Under the pieces are notes generated by a model that saw only the letters and a program-made list of their open reading frames with translations, had not been told where the DNA came from and searched no databases. This document shows, in pieces, positions 10,116 through 19,711 of a stretch of DNA of 64,000 bases. The stretch is from Candidatus Omnitrophota bacterium (lineage in GTDB: Bacteria > Omnitrophota > Gorgyraeia > Duberdicusellales > 4484-171). The translations under genes were made by a program, and so were the position numbers. The stretch is from assembly GCA_041652815.1 (NCBI GenBank), contig JBAZGN010000002.1, positions 238,261-302,260 of the forward strand, written 5' to 3'. Within the stretch, counting starts at the first letter, position 1, and the number at the start of each line of letters is the position of its first letter.

Positions 10116-10230
10116 CATAGCGCATAGCGCAAAGCGCGAAGCGTGAGAAACAGGAAGCAGAAGTCTTTATTTTCTATGTTCGAAATCTGCTATTTGTTTT
10201 CTTCATTTTTTCCGCTATGCGCCATGCTCT
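10116..10230. repeat. Intergenic dyad element (CATAGCGC / GCGCTATG words), singleton in this window
   Basis: CATAGCGCATAGCGCAAAGCGCG lies at the 5' end. The 3' end is CCGCTATGCGCCATGCTCTATGCGCCATGCG, in the reverse-complement sense. Confidence 0.6.
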
Positions 10231-11580
10231 ATGCGCCATGCGATTATTATGTTTTATTGCTCCAATTGCGGATATAAATCGGTTAAGTGGTTAGGCAAAT
10301 GCCCTCTTTGCGAAGGATGGGAAACTTTTTTCGAAGAAAAGGAAGAGCTGCGTGATGGGGAAATTATTAAAGAAAAGCAAGCGCCTCGCCTTGTAAAAGA
10401 TATAGAAGGAAAAGATTATAACAGGATTGTAACAGGAATAGATGAGTTTGACCGCATAATCGGCGGAGGGCTCGTAAATGGAGAGATAATCCTTATAGGC
10501 GGAGAGCCGGGAGTCGGCAAATCTACCCTTCTTTTAGAAATTTCATCAGCCTTGGCGGCTAAAGCAAAAACTCTCTATGTGAGCGCCGAAGAATCTCCCC
10601 ATCAAGTATCCTTACGCGCAAACAGGCTTAATACCCAGGATAGCAATCTTTACATTCTGGGAGAAGATAATCTTGAAACTGTCTTCGGCTACATAAAAGA
10701 GCATGGTTTTAAATTCATAGTTATAGATTCGATACAAGTTGTCTGGAACGCGCGCTCCGAAGGGCCAAAAGGAAGCGTTTCGCAGCTTAAAGGCTCTGCC
10801 GATTATCTTACTCAGATTGCCAAGTCTTTGAATGTAGTTATTTTTGTCGTCGGCCATGTTACTAAAGAAGGAGTAATCGCAGGGCCTAAACTACTTGAGC
10901 ATATTGTTGACTGCGTTCTTTATTTTGAAGGGGAAATCCTTTCCAATTACAGGATTCTGCGCGCAGTTAAAAATCGATTCGGCCCTACCGGAGATATCGC
11001 GGTATTTGAAATGTTATCCAGCGGCCTTAAAGAAGTCAAAAAGACTACGGATCTTTTTCTTCCCCATAAAGATGAAGCTATTTCCGGAAGCTCCGTCGTC
11101 TGCGTTATAGAGGGGTTACGGCCTTTACTTATTGAGTTACAGTCCCTTGTGAGCAAGGCCAGTTTCGGGGTTGTTAGAAGGCGAAGCCTTGGGTTTGATT
11201 TTAACAGATTTTCTTTACTTATTGCCATAATCGAAAAGAGGCTTAAAATGTCTCTTTCGAGCGAAGATGTGTTTTTAAATGTCGCAGGAGGCCTTAAGAT
11301 AAATGATCCCGCTGCTGACCTGGGAGCAGTAATTGCAATAATTTCAAGTTACAAAGAAAAAGAGCCGCCTCTAAGCAGCGCATTTATTGCCGAGGTAGGC
11401 CTGGCGGGAGAGCTTCGACGTGTCAGCAATATAAATCTAAGGCTTAAAGAAATAGGAAGAGCGGGGTTTGCGCGCTGTTTTATCCCGGAAAGTAATTTAA
11501 AAGATGTCGACGCCAAGTTTAAATTTAAAATAGAAGGGTTTTCTTCTTTAAAAGAAGTTATAGAAAAAATCTGGAGGTAG
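10231..11580 (+). CDS. radA: DNA repair protein RadA/Sms
   Basis: N-terminal C4 zinc finger CSNCGY...CPLCEGW, RecA-like Walker A GEPGVGKST and a Lon-protease-like C-terminal domain. ATG 10249 is an alternative start. Confidence 0.9.
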   Translation: MRHAIIMFYCSNCGYKSVKWLGKCPLCEGWETFFEEKEELRDGEIIKEKQAPRLVKDIEGKDYNRIVTGIDEFDRIIGGGLVNGEIILIGGEPGVGKSTLLLEISSALAAKAKTLYVSAEESPHQVSLRANRLNTQDSNLYILGEDNLETVFGYIKEHGFKFIVIDSIQVVWNARSEGPKGSVSQLKGSADYLTQIAKSLNVVIFVVGHVTKEGVIAGPKLLEHIVDCVLYFEGEILSNYRILRAVKNRFGPTGDIAVFEMLSSGLKEVKKTTDLFLPHKDEAISGSSVVCVIEGLRPLLIELQSLVSKASFGVVRRRSLGFDFNRFSLLIAIIEKRLKMSLSSEDVFLNVAGGLKINDPAADLGAVIAIISSYKEKEPPLSSAFIAEVGLAGELRRVSNINLRLKEIGRAGFARCFIPESNLKDVDAKFKFKIEGFSSLKEVIEKIWR

Positions 11581-11582
11581 GT

Positions 11583-12560
11583 ATGAAAGGTTTATTTATC
11601 ATCAGGGCTTTCTTTGTTTTTATCTGTACGGCCGCAGCATTTAGGCTGGGTGACTTTAATCCGTTATTGGCAACCAGTATAGGTTTTGCAGTCGGTCTAG
11701 TAGTTGTATTCTTCGAAGTTTTCGCGAGAAAAATTTCCTTAAAAGGGCTTTCTTCGGCAGTTTTTGGGATATTTCTCGGACTGCTTGTTGCCTGGATTTT
11801 TAACAGGACACTTGAATTATTTCTCTTGCCTAAAGAAATTACTTACAATATGAAAGTGTTCGTTACGTTCATATTTATTTATTTGGGAGTTACATTAGGG
11901 CTTAAAGGAAGAGGCGAATTTAACCTTATCATTCCTTATGTTAAATTCCAGCGTAAGGAACTAAAGGAAGAAACTATTGTTGTAGATACAAGCATAATTA
12001 TTGATGCAAGGATTCTAGATATAGTTAAAACCGGATTTTTAGAAGCGCGGTTTATTGTGCCGCGGTTTGTTTTAAACGAACTTCAGGCGCTGGCCGATTC
12101 AACCGATCACATGAAGCGCCAGAAGGGAAAACGCGGCATTGAAGTGTTGCACTCTCTTAAAAATGAACCCAATATAGAAATTGACATTTACAATGAAGAC
12201 GTAGAGGGGGTTAAAAGCGTTGACGAAAAGGTGGTTGTGCTTGCGCAAACTCTCGATGCAAAGATTATTACAACCGACTACAATTTAAACCGCATAGCCC
12301 AGTTACAGGGTATAAAAGTTTTAAATATTAATGACCTGGCAAATGCGCTAAAACCTACATTCGTAGCTGGCGAAAAGTTTTCCATAAAACTTATAAAAGA
12401 AGGGAAAGAACATAACCAGGCAGTTGGATACCTTGAAGACGGCACCATGGTGGTAGTAGAAAACGCTAAATGGCTAATTGGTAAAAATGTAGATATAGAA
12501 GTAACATCAGTTTTGCAAAGCCCAAGCGGTCGAATAGTATTTACGAGATTGGCAAGTTAA
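11583..12560 (+). CDS. PIN + TRAM domain membrane protein (YacL-like)
   Basis: N-terminal TM helices, a PIN-like central domain and a C-terminal TRAM-like beta domain. Its synteny after radA matches Bacillus yacL. Confidence 0.65.
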   Translation: MKGLFIIRAFFVFICTAAAFRLGDFNPLLATSIGFAVGLVVVFFEVFARKISLKGLSSAVFGIFLGLLVAWIFNRTLELFLLPKEITYNMKVFVTFIFIYLGVTLGLKGRGEFNLIIPYVKFQRKELKEETIVVDTSIIIDARILDIVKTGFLEARFIVPRFVLNELQALADSTDHMKRQKGKRGIEVLHSLKNEPNIEIDIYNEDVEGVKSVDEKVVVLAQTLDAKIITTDYNLNRIAQLQGIKVLNINDLANALKPTFVAGEKFSIKLIKEGKEHNQAVGYLEDGTMVVVENAKWLIGKNVDIEVTSVLQSPSGRIVFTRLAS

Positions 12561-12767
12561 AGAGATAATAGAGCCCATAAATCTTAGGTTACTCGCCTGT
12601 CACGGCAGGCAGGTTACGTAGGCCACAGGCTTTCAGCCTGCTGGGTAGGTTACGAAGGTTACATAAATAAAGTGATTTTAATGTAACTTCCGTAACTTTC
12701 GTAACTTAATTCTTCCGCCGAAGGCGAAAGAATTAACGTAACCTCCGTAACATTTATTGTAACGAAT
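12561..12767. repeat. Intergenic dyad element, family R2 (GGTTACG / CGTAACC words), copy A
   Basis: It has multiple GGTTACG words, then AATGTAACTTCCGTAACTTTCGTAACTT, with the embedded GC hairpin CCGCCGAAGGCG. It is related to 44449..44593. Confidence 0.7.
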
Positions 12768-13439
12768 ATGCCATCTAATGTCGGTGCTGTAATAGTTTGC
12801 GCAGGCAAGGGTAAGCGTTTAGGTGCTGATAAAGCTGCAATTAAATTAGAAGGTAAACCCCTCTTTTATCATACCTACAAGCTTTTTAAGGACATAAAGG
12901 CGATAAAACAAATCGTTATTGTCCTAAGAAAAAAGAATTTTACCCTTGCGCAAAAACTTATCAAAGACAAAAGAGTTTCTTTAGCTGAAGGAGGCGTGCG
13001 CCGTCAGGATTCTGTTTTTGCAGGGCTATCCCGATTGGATAAAAATATAGGCTATGTGCTTATTCACGACGGCGCGAGGCCTTTTACGCCAAGAGCGGTA
13101 ATAGTTGAAATGCTAAAGAATGTTAAAAAATACCCCGCAGTTATTTGCGCAGTTAAATCCAGAGACACATTAAAAGGCATTCGTGGTAATTTTGTAAAAA
13201 ATACTCTTAATAGAAATGATATAGCGATGGTCCAGACTCCCCAGGCTTTTAAGAAGAGCCTGTTGTTGGATGCATATCAAAAATTTAACCACAGGAATAC
13301 TTTTGACGATGCCGAGCTTTTTGAGTTTATGAAGAAAAAAGTAAGAATAGTAAATGGAAGCCACCGTAATATAAAAATTACCTATCCGCAGGATATGGTT
13401 TTGGCAAAAGCACTATTGAAGACGAAAGGTACCACGTAA
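12768..13439 (+). CDS. ispD: 2-C-methyl-D-erythritol 4-phosphate cytidylyltransferase
   Basis: The N-terminal AVIVCAGKGKRLG nucleotide-binding motif is present. The ~220 aa length fits, and it is followed by ispF. Confidence 0.8.
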   Translation: MPSNVGAVIVCAGKGKRLGADKAAIKLEGKPLFYHTYKLFKDIKAIKQIVIVLRKKNFTLAQKLIKDKRVSLAEGGVRRQDSVFAGLSRLDKNIGYVLIHDGARPFTPRAVIVEMLKNVKKYPAVICAVKSRDTLKGIRGNFVKNTLNRNDIAMVQTPQAFKKSLLLDAYQKFNHRNTFDDAELFEFMKKKVRIVNGSHRNIKITYPQDMVLAKALLKTKGTT

Positions 13440-13523
13440 CAGGTATCACGTAGCACGTCCTGACGTATGTAATTTTTTAAAGACGTGATACTTGATACGT
13501 GTTACCTGATACACTAAAGAATT
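13440..13523. repeat. Intergenic dyad element (ATCACGT / ACGTGAT words)
   Basis: The repeated words ATCACGTAGCACGTCCTGACGT ... GACGTGATACTTGATACGTG lie between ispD and ispF. Confidence 0.5.
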
Positions 13524-14000
13524 ATGAAAGGATACAGGGTTGGCTTAGGTTTCGATGTTCACCGGTTTTCCAAAAAAAAGAGGCCGCTCGTTTTAGGTGG
13601 TGTCGAGATTGCCTCTAATTTTGGCCTTGAGGCTGTGTCTGACGGAGACGTCCTTTTGCATGCGGCGTCTGACGCTATTTGCGGAGCATGCGCCCTTGGT
13701 GATATAGGCGATTATTTCCCGCCACAAAATATAAAATCAAAAGGTATAGATAGCAGAAAAATTGTGCAGTTTATATTGAAAAAAATCAAAAATAAATTTA
13801 ATATCATTAATATCGATGCAACAATAATTACCGAGAAACCAAAGCTATCCGTGCACAAAAAAAGGATTTTAACGTCCCTTCGTGAAATTTTTCAGACAAA
13901 AGCAATAAATGTTAAAATAAAATCTAAGGAAGGATTGGATATTTTGGGTTCAAAGAAAGCTATTTCCTGTTTAGCTCTTGCAGTAGTTAAAAAATGCTAA
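13524..14000 (+). CDS. ispF: 2-C-methyl-D-erythritol 2,4-cyclodiphosphate synthase
   Basis: GLGFDVHRF and the HSDGDV-like motifs are present. The length is 158 aa. Confidence 0.85.
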   Translation: MKGYRVGLGFDVHRFSKKKRPLVLGGVEIASNFGLEAVSDGDVLLHAASDAICGACALGDIGDYFPPQNIKSKGIDSRKIVQFILKKIKNKFNIINIDATIITEKPKLSVHKKRILTSLREIFQTKAINVKIKSKEGLDILGSKKAISCLALAVVKKC

Positions 14001-15379
14001 AAATAAACAATACTTTAAGCCGAAAGAAAGAGCATTTCACCCCGCAAAACCCGCCGCATGTTTCAATGTATACCTGCGGAGTAACCGTATATGATGACTG
14101 CCACATCGGCCATGCCAGAAGCCTCTATATTTTTGATGTAATGCGCAGGTACTTAAAATACAGAGGATATGACGTTAAATTTGTGCGTAATATCACTGAT
14201 ATAGATGACAAAATCATAAACCGGGCTAATGAATTAAAAGTAAACTGGCAGGAATTGGTTAAAAAATATATTGAGAGATACTACGAAGATTTAAACGCAC
14301 TTGGTATTGACAAGGCCGATTTTGAACCGAGAGCCACGGAAAATATCCCGGATATGATTAAGTATATACAAAAGCTTATTGATAAAGATTTTGCTTATGT
14401 CGCCGCAGGCGATGTATATTTTAATGTCAGAAAATTCAATGAATACGGAAAGCTTTCCGGGCAAAAGATTGAGGAAATGGAGGCAGGTGTAAGAATATCT
14501 CCCACTGAACTTAAAAAAGACCATTTAGATTTTGCTCTCTGGAAGGCATCAAAGGAAAATGAACCTTTCTGGGTAAGTCCATGGGGTAATGGCAGGCCTG
14601 GCTGGCACATAGAGTGTTCGGTGATGAGCCAGAAGTTTTTAAAAACCGAGACGCTTGATATACATGCGGGAGGGCGCGACCTTGTTTTTCCGCACCACGA
14701 GAATGAGCTTGCGCAGGCTGAGGCGTGCACCGGCAAGCCTTTTGCAAAATACTGGATACATCACGGGCTTTTAACAATTAACTCACAAAAGATGTCAAAA
14801 TCATTAGGTAATTTTGTAACGATAAAGGATTTTATAAATAAATATAAGAATATTAATTTACTAAAACTATTTTTCTTATCAGCACACTATTCACACCCCA
14901 TAGATTACAACCAAGAAAAGATAGAGGAAACAAAAAAACAAAAAGAAAGCCTAGATAGTTTTTTTAATACAGTGTATATATTACATAGAGGAGAAGCAGA
15001 ACCAACTATTTCCGACAAAGACAAGAATAAGATTGATAGTATTTTTAGTAAGTTTGAAGAAGCTATGGACAATGATTTCAATACAGCTCAAGCATTAAGT
15101 TGTTTGTTTGAATTACGAGATACAGCTCTCAGTTTTTCAAATCTGAAGTCTTTTGAATACGCACGTACAAAAATGAAAGATTTATTCAACATTTTCAATT
15201 TAAGTGTGCAGCCGCAGCTTGAGTTATTGGAAGAACAATATGAGGACCAATATCAACGAGAAAAATTACGCCAACTAAGAGATTTTGATTCAGCAGATAA
15301 AATAAGAAAGAGATGGGAAGAGCTAGGTTATATTTTAGAGGATCATAAAGGAGCGACTGCCTGGAGGAAAAAAGAATGA
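13994..15379 (+). CDS. cysS: Cysteine--tRNA ligase
   Basis: The class I HIGH motif (CHIGHARS) and KMSKS motif (KMSKSLGN) are present. The length is 461 aa. Confidence 0.9.
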   Translation: MLKINNTLSRKKEHFTPQNPPHVSMYTCGVTVYDDCHIGHARSLYIFDVMRRYLKYRGYDVKFVRNITDIDDKIINRANELKVNWQELVKKYIERYYEDLNALGIDKADFEPRATENIPDMIKYIQKLIDKDFAYVAAGDVYFNVRKFNEYGKLSGQKIEEMEAGVRISPTELKKDHLDFALWKASKENEPFWVSPWGNGRPGWHIECSVMSQKFLKTETLDIHAGGRDLVFPHHENELAQAEACTGKPFAKYWIHHGLLTINSQKMSKSLGNFVTIKDFINKYKNINLLKLFFLSAHYSHPIDYNQEKIEETKKQKESLDSFFNTVYILHRGEAEPTISDKDKNKIDSIFSKFEEAMDNDFNTAQALSCLFELRDTALSFSNLKSFEYARTKMKDLFNIFNLSVQPQLELLEEQYEDQYQREKLRQLRDFDSADKIRKRWEELGYILEDHKGATAWRKKE

Positions 15380-16014
15380 GGACAAAATTCATAACCTTTG
15401 AAGGATTGGAAGGCAGCGGAAAGAGTAGTGTGATTAACTTTTTAGAAAAACTCTTGAAAGCCAAAGGGTTTTCGGTAGTCGTATTTCGCGAGCCCGGCTC
15501 AACTGCGGTAGGTGAGAAAATACGCCAGATTCTTTTAGATAAAGCAAATAAAAAATTAAGCCGCCACACAGAACTGCTTTTATATTTGGCGGCCCGGACA
15601 CAGTTAATTGAAGAAAAACTTATGGGCGCTTTTAAAAAATATGATTTTATAATTTGCGACCGTTTTTTTGACTCAACTTTAGTGTATCAGGGTTATGCCT
15701 TAGGCTTGGGCGCTATAGTTGAGAAATCAGTTCAAATGTTTTCTCTTGGCATTACGCCGGATTTAACTCTTGTGTTAGATGTTTCTGCCCGCGAAGGCTT
15801 AAAAAGAATAAAAAATAAAGACCGTATAGAATCGCGGCCAATTGATTTTCATAATAAATTAAGGAAGGGTTATCTTGCGCTTGCTAAAAAGTATCCTGAC
15901 AGAATAAAAGTTATTAATGCACAGGCTAATCTGGAAGAAATTTACAAGCGGACGGAAAAGGCCCTTGTGAATAAATTCAAGTTTATCCGCCTTCGCCCTT
16001 TATTAAGGCACTAA
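15376..16014 (+). CDS. tmk: Thymidylate kinase
   Basis: The P-loop FITFEGLEGSGKSS is present. The ~210 aa length fits, and it overlaps the cysS stop. Confidence 0.85.
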   Translation: MRTKFITFEGLEGSGKSSVINFLEKLLKAKGFSVVVFREPGSTAVGEKIRQILLDKANKKLSRHTELLLYLAARTQLIEEKLMGAFKKYDFIICDRFFDSTLVYQGYALGLGAIVEKSVQMFSLGITPDLTLVLDVSAREGLKRIKNKDRIESRPIDFHNKLRKGYLALAKKYPDRIKVINAQANLEEIYKRTEKALVNKFKFIRLRPLLRH

Positions 16015-16104
16015 TGACTATGGTGGGCTTCCTCCTACGCTAAAGCTTCGGAGGACAAGTCGGCGGATGTCACTATATCGGTGATTTATTAAGGTGTTCC
16101 ATAA

Positions 16105-16896
16105 ATGCAAACTCAGAATAAAATATTAAATTATTTTTCTTTACTTAAAAAGCGGGGCATAATAGGAAAATCTTATCTTTTTATAGGAGATGATTTTTCT
16201 ATTGTGAAAGATATCGCAAAGCTCATAAACTGTACAAATGACGCGGAACATTTTTGTAATACTTGCTGGGATTGCAGTAATATAGAGCGTTATGCTCATC
16301 CTGATCTTTTTATGCTTAAACCCGAGACTCTGACAATTACGATTGAAAATATAAAACAAGCCCAGCAATTCCTGCGGCTCAAAAGTTTTCGCGCGCAAAA
16401 AAAGGTTCTTGTAATTGAGGATGCCCAAAATATGGGAGAAGCGTCTGCCAACGCTTTTTTAAAAACACTGGAAGAGCCGCCAAAAAATTCTTTGATCGCT
16501 ATCTGCGCTTCAAGAATAGACAGCCTTATACCGACCATAGTTTCGCGTTGCAATAAGATTTTTCTTCCTCCTCAAGAAAATAAAACTGAAGATTCCAGGT
16601 TCACTCAAATTTTAGGTTTTCTAAAAGGAGAGCGCCCGGTTTTTAAAGATAGGAAGGATTTTTTATCATTTATTTGGAGCCTTAATCTTGTGCTCAGAGA
16701 CGCTTTCCTGTTTTCATTAGGCAGAAACAATCGTTTGCTTAGGTTTAGTGATTGTGAGATAATCCTTGAAAACATAAGGATAAAAAATGTAAACACTTAT
16801 TGCGCGGCCATAAAAGATATCCTTGAAATTTATGCTAACGGCGCAACAATTAATGAAAATTTAGCTTTAAATTTAATAAGGGAGAGGATTTTATGA
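16105..16896 (+). CDS. holB: DNA polymerase III delta-prime subunit
   Basis: It has an AAA+ clamp-loader-like fold with a degenerate Walker A. Its conserved position after tmk supports the call. Confidence 0.65.
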   Translation: MQTQNKILNYFSLLKKRGIIGKSYLFIGDDFSIVKDIAKLINCTNDAEHFCNTCWDCSNIERYAHPDLFMLKPETLTITIENIKQAQQFLRLKSFRAQKKVLVIEDAQNMGEASANAFLKTLEEPPKNSLIAICASRIDSLIPTIVSRCNKIFLPPQENKTEDSRFTQILGFLKGERPVFKDRKDFLSFIWSLNLVLRDAFLFSLGRNNRLLRFSDCEIILENIRIKNVNTYCAAIKDILEIYANGATINENLALNLIRERIL

Positions 16897-17798
16897 GAGT
16901 AGCTTCAGTGCGCCTACGGGAATCAGGGCAAATCGTAACCTATAGGATAGAAGAAGGCGTAAACGTTAACGATTATGTGATAATTGAAGCCGATAGGGGT
17001 ACTGATTATGGAGAGGTGGTAGAAGTAAGTGATATCTCTGAACCCCAAAAAGAAGAAGCACAATCTTCAGTTAAAAGCATAGTAAGAAAGGTTTCTAGCC
17101 AGGATATGGAACGTATAAAACAGAATGAAGCTGATGCTAAAGAGGCAATGCGCCAGTGTTCAAGAAAGATAGGTGAGTATAAACTATCGATGAAATTGGT
17201 TGATGCTGAATATTCTTTTGACAGGAAAAAGATAGTTTTTTATTTTACTGCCGAAGGCCGGGTAGATTTCAGGGAGCTTGTTAAAGACCTGGCAAAGGTT
17301 TTTAAGATAAGGATTGAGATGCGCCAGATAGGGGTCAGGGACGAGGCTCGTCTTTTCGGAGGAATTGGGCCTTGCGGGCAATCTCTTTGCTGTGTAAAAT
17401 TTTTAAGAAATTTTGAAGCGGTAAGTATGAAAATGGCAAAAACACAGAAGTTGCCGCTTAGTTCCGGAAAAATATCAGGCATATGCGGAAGGCTTATGTG
17501 TTGCCTTTTCTACGAATATAAAACCTACAAGGATTTAGCGAAGGGGCTTCCCAAGGAAGGAGATACCATAGATACACCGCAAGGAAAAGGTAAGGTTACT
17601 TCAGTAAATATTCTAAAAAGGCTTGTATGCGCGGAACTTGAAGACGGCAGAATAGAAAAAATTTCCTTTGGTTGCCCTTGCGAAGCCGGAGCTTCTGCGA
17701 CGTGCAAAGCATCACAGAAAGGGGGCTTTGAGGTTCCCCAGAAAGGCGGTTCTGAAGCGCCTGAGAGAGAGGACGCCGAAGATAAAAAAGAGAAATAG
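16893..17798 (+). CDS. ricT: PSP1 C-terminal domain protein (RicT/YaaT-like)
   Basis: The Cys cluster GPCGQSLCC...CGRLMCC is typical of the PSP1/YaaT family. It lies immediately after holB as in Bacillus. Confidence 0.7.
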   Translation: MRVASVRLRESGQIVTYRIEEGVNVNDYVIIEADRGTDYGEVVEVSDISEPQKEEAQSSVKSIVRKVSSQDMERIKQNEADAKEAMRQCSRKIGEYKLSMKLVDAEYSFDRKKIVFYFTAEGRVDFRELVKDLAKVFKIRIEMRQIGVRDEARLFGGIGPCGQSLCCVKFLRNFEAVSMKMAKTQKLPLSSGKISGICGRLMCCLFYEYKTYKDLAKGLPKEGDTIDTPQGKGKVTSVNILKRLVCAELEDGRIEKISFGCPCEAGASATCKASQKGGFEVPQKGGSEAPEREDAEDKKEK

Positions 17799-17831
17799 CC
17801 CAGGCGTTTATAAAAAGCAGATTTCCAATTG

Positions 17832-18578
17832 ATGTTTATAGATGCTCACTGCCATATTAATGGTCTTGACCCGGAAGAAAGAAATAATATTGCTTCTACC
17901 CGCCGCAGCGGTTATATATTCATAGATTCAAGTATTAATTTTCAAAGTACTTTAAATTCTTTACAATTAAGCGATAAATATCCTTATATTTATTCGGCTA
18001 TAGGGTTTCATCCATTTTCTGTAAAAGAATTCAATGAAAGTACGATTTCAGATTACGAAAAAGTTTTGCACCAGAACAAAAAAATTGTTGCAATAGGAGA
18101 AATAGGCCTTGATGAAACAGCCAAAACATCGCACGAAGCCCAAGAAAAAATTCTTAAAGTATTTTTCCAGCTGGCGAAAAATGTTAATTTGCCTGTACTT
18201 ATTCACAATAGGTTAAAGGAACCGGAAATTTTTGATATCCTCGATGATTTTTTTACATCTTACGAAAAGGTTGTTTTCCATTGCTTTTCTTATGATTATG
18301 GAATGTTGCAGAGAATAACCGAAAGAGGCGGCTATGTTTCTTTTTCCCTCAACATACTCAGAAAAAAGAAAGACATAATCGATTCGCTGATAAAGTGCCC
18401 TCTGGAAAATATTTTACTTGAGACTGATTCGCCGTATATGAAGATTGACGGACACGCATCGAGCCCTCTTGACATAGAAGCGGTTTATTCTTTTGCCGCA
18501 GCAATAAAAAACTTAAAACTGCAAGAATTAAAAGAAGCCGTATGCTCAAACGCGAATAAAGTATTTTCATTCAAATGA
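17832..18578 (+). CDS. tatD: TatD-family metal-dependent DNase/hydrolase
   Basis: The N-terminal MFIDAHCHI motif is present. The ~250 aa length fits. Confidence 0.8.
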   Translation: MFIDAHCHINGLDPEERNNIASTRRSGYIFIDSSINFQSTLNSLQLSDKYPYIYSAIGFHPFSVKEFNESTISDYEKVLHQNKKIVAIGEIGLDETAKTSHEAQEKILKVFFQLAKNVNLPVLIHNRLKEPEIFDILDDFFTSYEKVVFHCFSYDYGMLQRITERGGYVSFSLNILRKKKDIIDSLIKCPLENILLETDSPYMKIDGHASSPLDIEAVYSFAAAIKNLKLQELKEAVCSNANKVFSFK

Positions 18579-19711
18579 AAAAAGTAGTTATTCTAAAAAT
18601 CGAAGATTATAATCGTGGCATATTGAAAGAAAAAATAAAAGTAACCCTCGAGAAGCACTTTCAGATATCAAAGAATTTTAAGCCCCTAGACAAAATAGTA
18701 TTGAAACCAAATCTTTTGATGGAGGCTAGGCCGGAAGAGGCCATCACTACGCATCCGTTGTTTGTTGAGGTTGTGGGAAAAATTTTTAAAGAAATGGGAA
18801 ATGCTGTTTTTGTCGCAGACAGCCCGGGAGGTTTTGTAAGCAACAAGGATATGGATTCAATTTATGAAAAAACCGGCATCAAAGAGGTCGCGCAAACTAA
18901 CAATTTTGACCTTTTGTATCCTACGCAAAGCCTTGTAGTTGGCGATATCCCTATGTGCTGGTGGGCGGCTGATAACGGAAAGAGCGAAGGCAACTTTAAA
19001 ATGATAAACCTTGCTAAGTTAAAAACACACGATGTTATGGTCTTAACTCTGGCAACAAAAAATCTTTATGGCTGTATAAGCGGATTGCATAAAAGCCACC
19101 TGCATAAGATGCACCCGAAAACACGCGATTTAACCGGTGTGGTGTTAAAGCTTTATGAGATGTTAAAGCCTAAGCTTAATATCGTAGACGGCATTCTTTC
19201 ACTTTCCGGTAACGGCCCTGCGAAACAAGGCCGGCCAAGAAAATTAGGATTAGTTATCTTGGGTGATGATGCTCTATACACAGATTATGCTATAAGTAAG
19301 GCACTTGGAATAAAAGATAATGATAATCCTTTGATAAAGGAAGCAAAAATAAGAGGGCTTTTGAAGGAAGATGAACTTGAGATAGTATCGGATCTTCACG
19401 GAGAAACCATCAAAAATTTTGAGTTGCCCGACCATTTTATCGTAAACAGTATACCTTCCCCTTTACTCAATTTGCTTATGCCTTTAATTAGCTTTAAGCC
19501 TGTAATCGATGTGAAACAATGCAGGCTTTGCGGAAAGTGTGTGCAGGTTTGCCCCAAGGGTGCAATACATTTGAACAAAACTCTTCGCATAGATTATAAA
19601 CATTGTATAATGTGTATGTGTTGTTCTGAGATGTGCCCCCATGCGGCTATAGATGTAAAACATAGTCTTTTAATCAAAATAATAAAGGGTATACACAAAT
19701 GTTTTCAATAA
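18575..19711 (+). CDS. DUF362 domain protein with C-terminal 2x[4Fe-4S] ferredoxin domain
   Basis: The CxxCxxCxxxCP motifs are CRLCGKCVQVCP and CIMCMCCSEMCP. Confidence 0.6.
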   Translation: MKKVVILKIEDYNRGILKEKIKVTLEKHFQISKNFKPLDKIVLKPNLLMEARPEEAITTHPLFVEVVGKIFKEMGNAVFVADSPGGFVSNKDMDSIYEKTGIKEVAQTNNFDLLYPTQSLVVGDIPMCWWAADNGKSEGNFKMINLAKLKTHDVMVLTLATKNLYGCISGLHKSHLHKMHPKTRDLTGVVLKLYEMLKPKLNIVDGILSLSGNGPAKQGRPRKLGLVILGDDALYTDYAISKALGIKDNDNPLIKEAKIRGLLKEDELEIVSDLHGETIKNFELPDHFIVNSIPSPLLNLLMPLISFKPVIDVKQCRLCGKCVQVCPKGAIHLNKTLRIDYKHCIMCMCCSEMCPHAAIDVKHSLLIKIIKGIHKCFQ

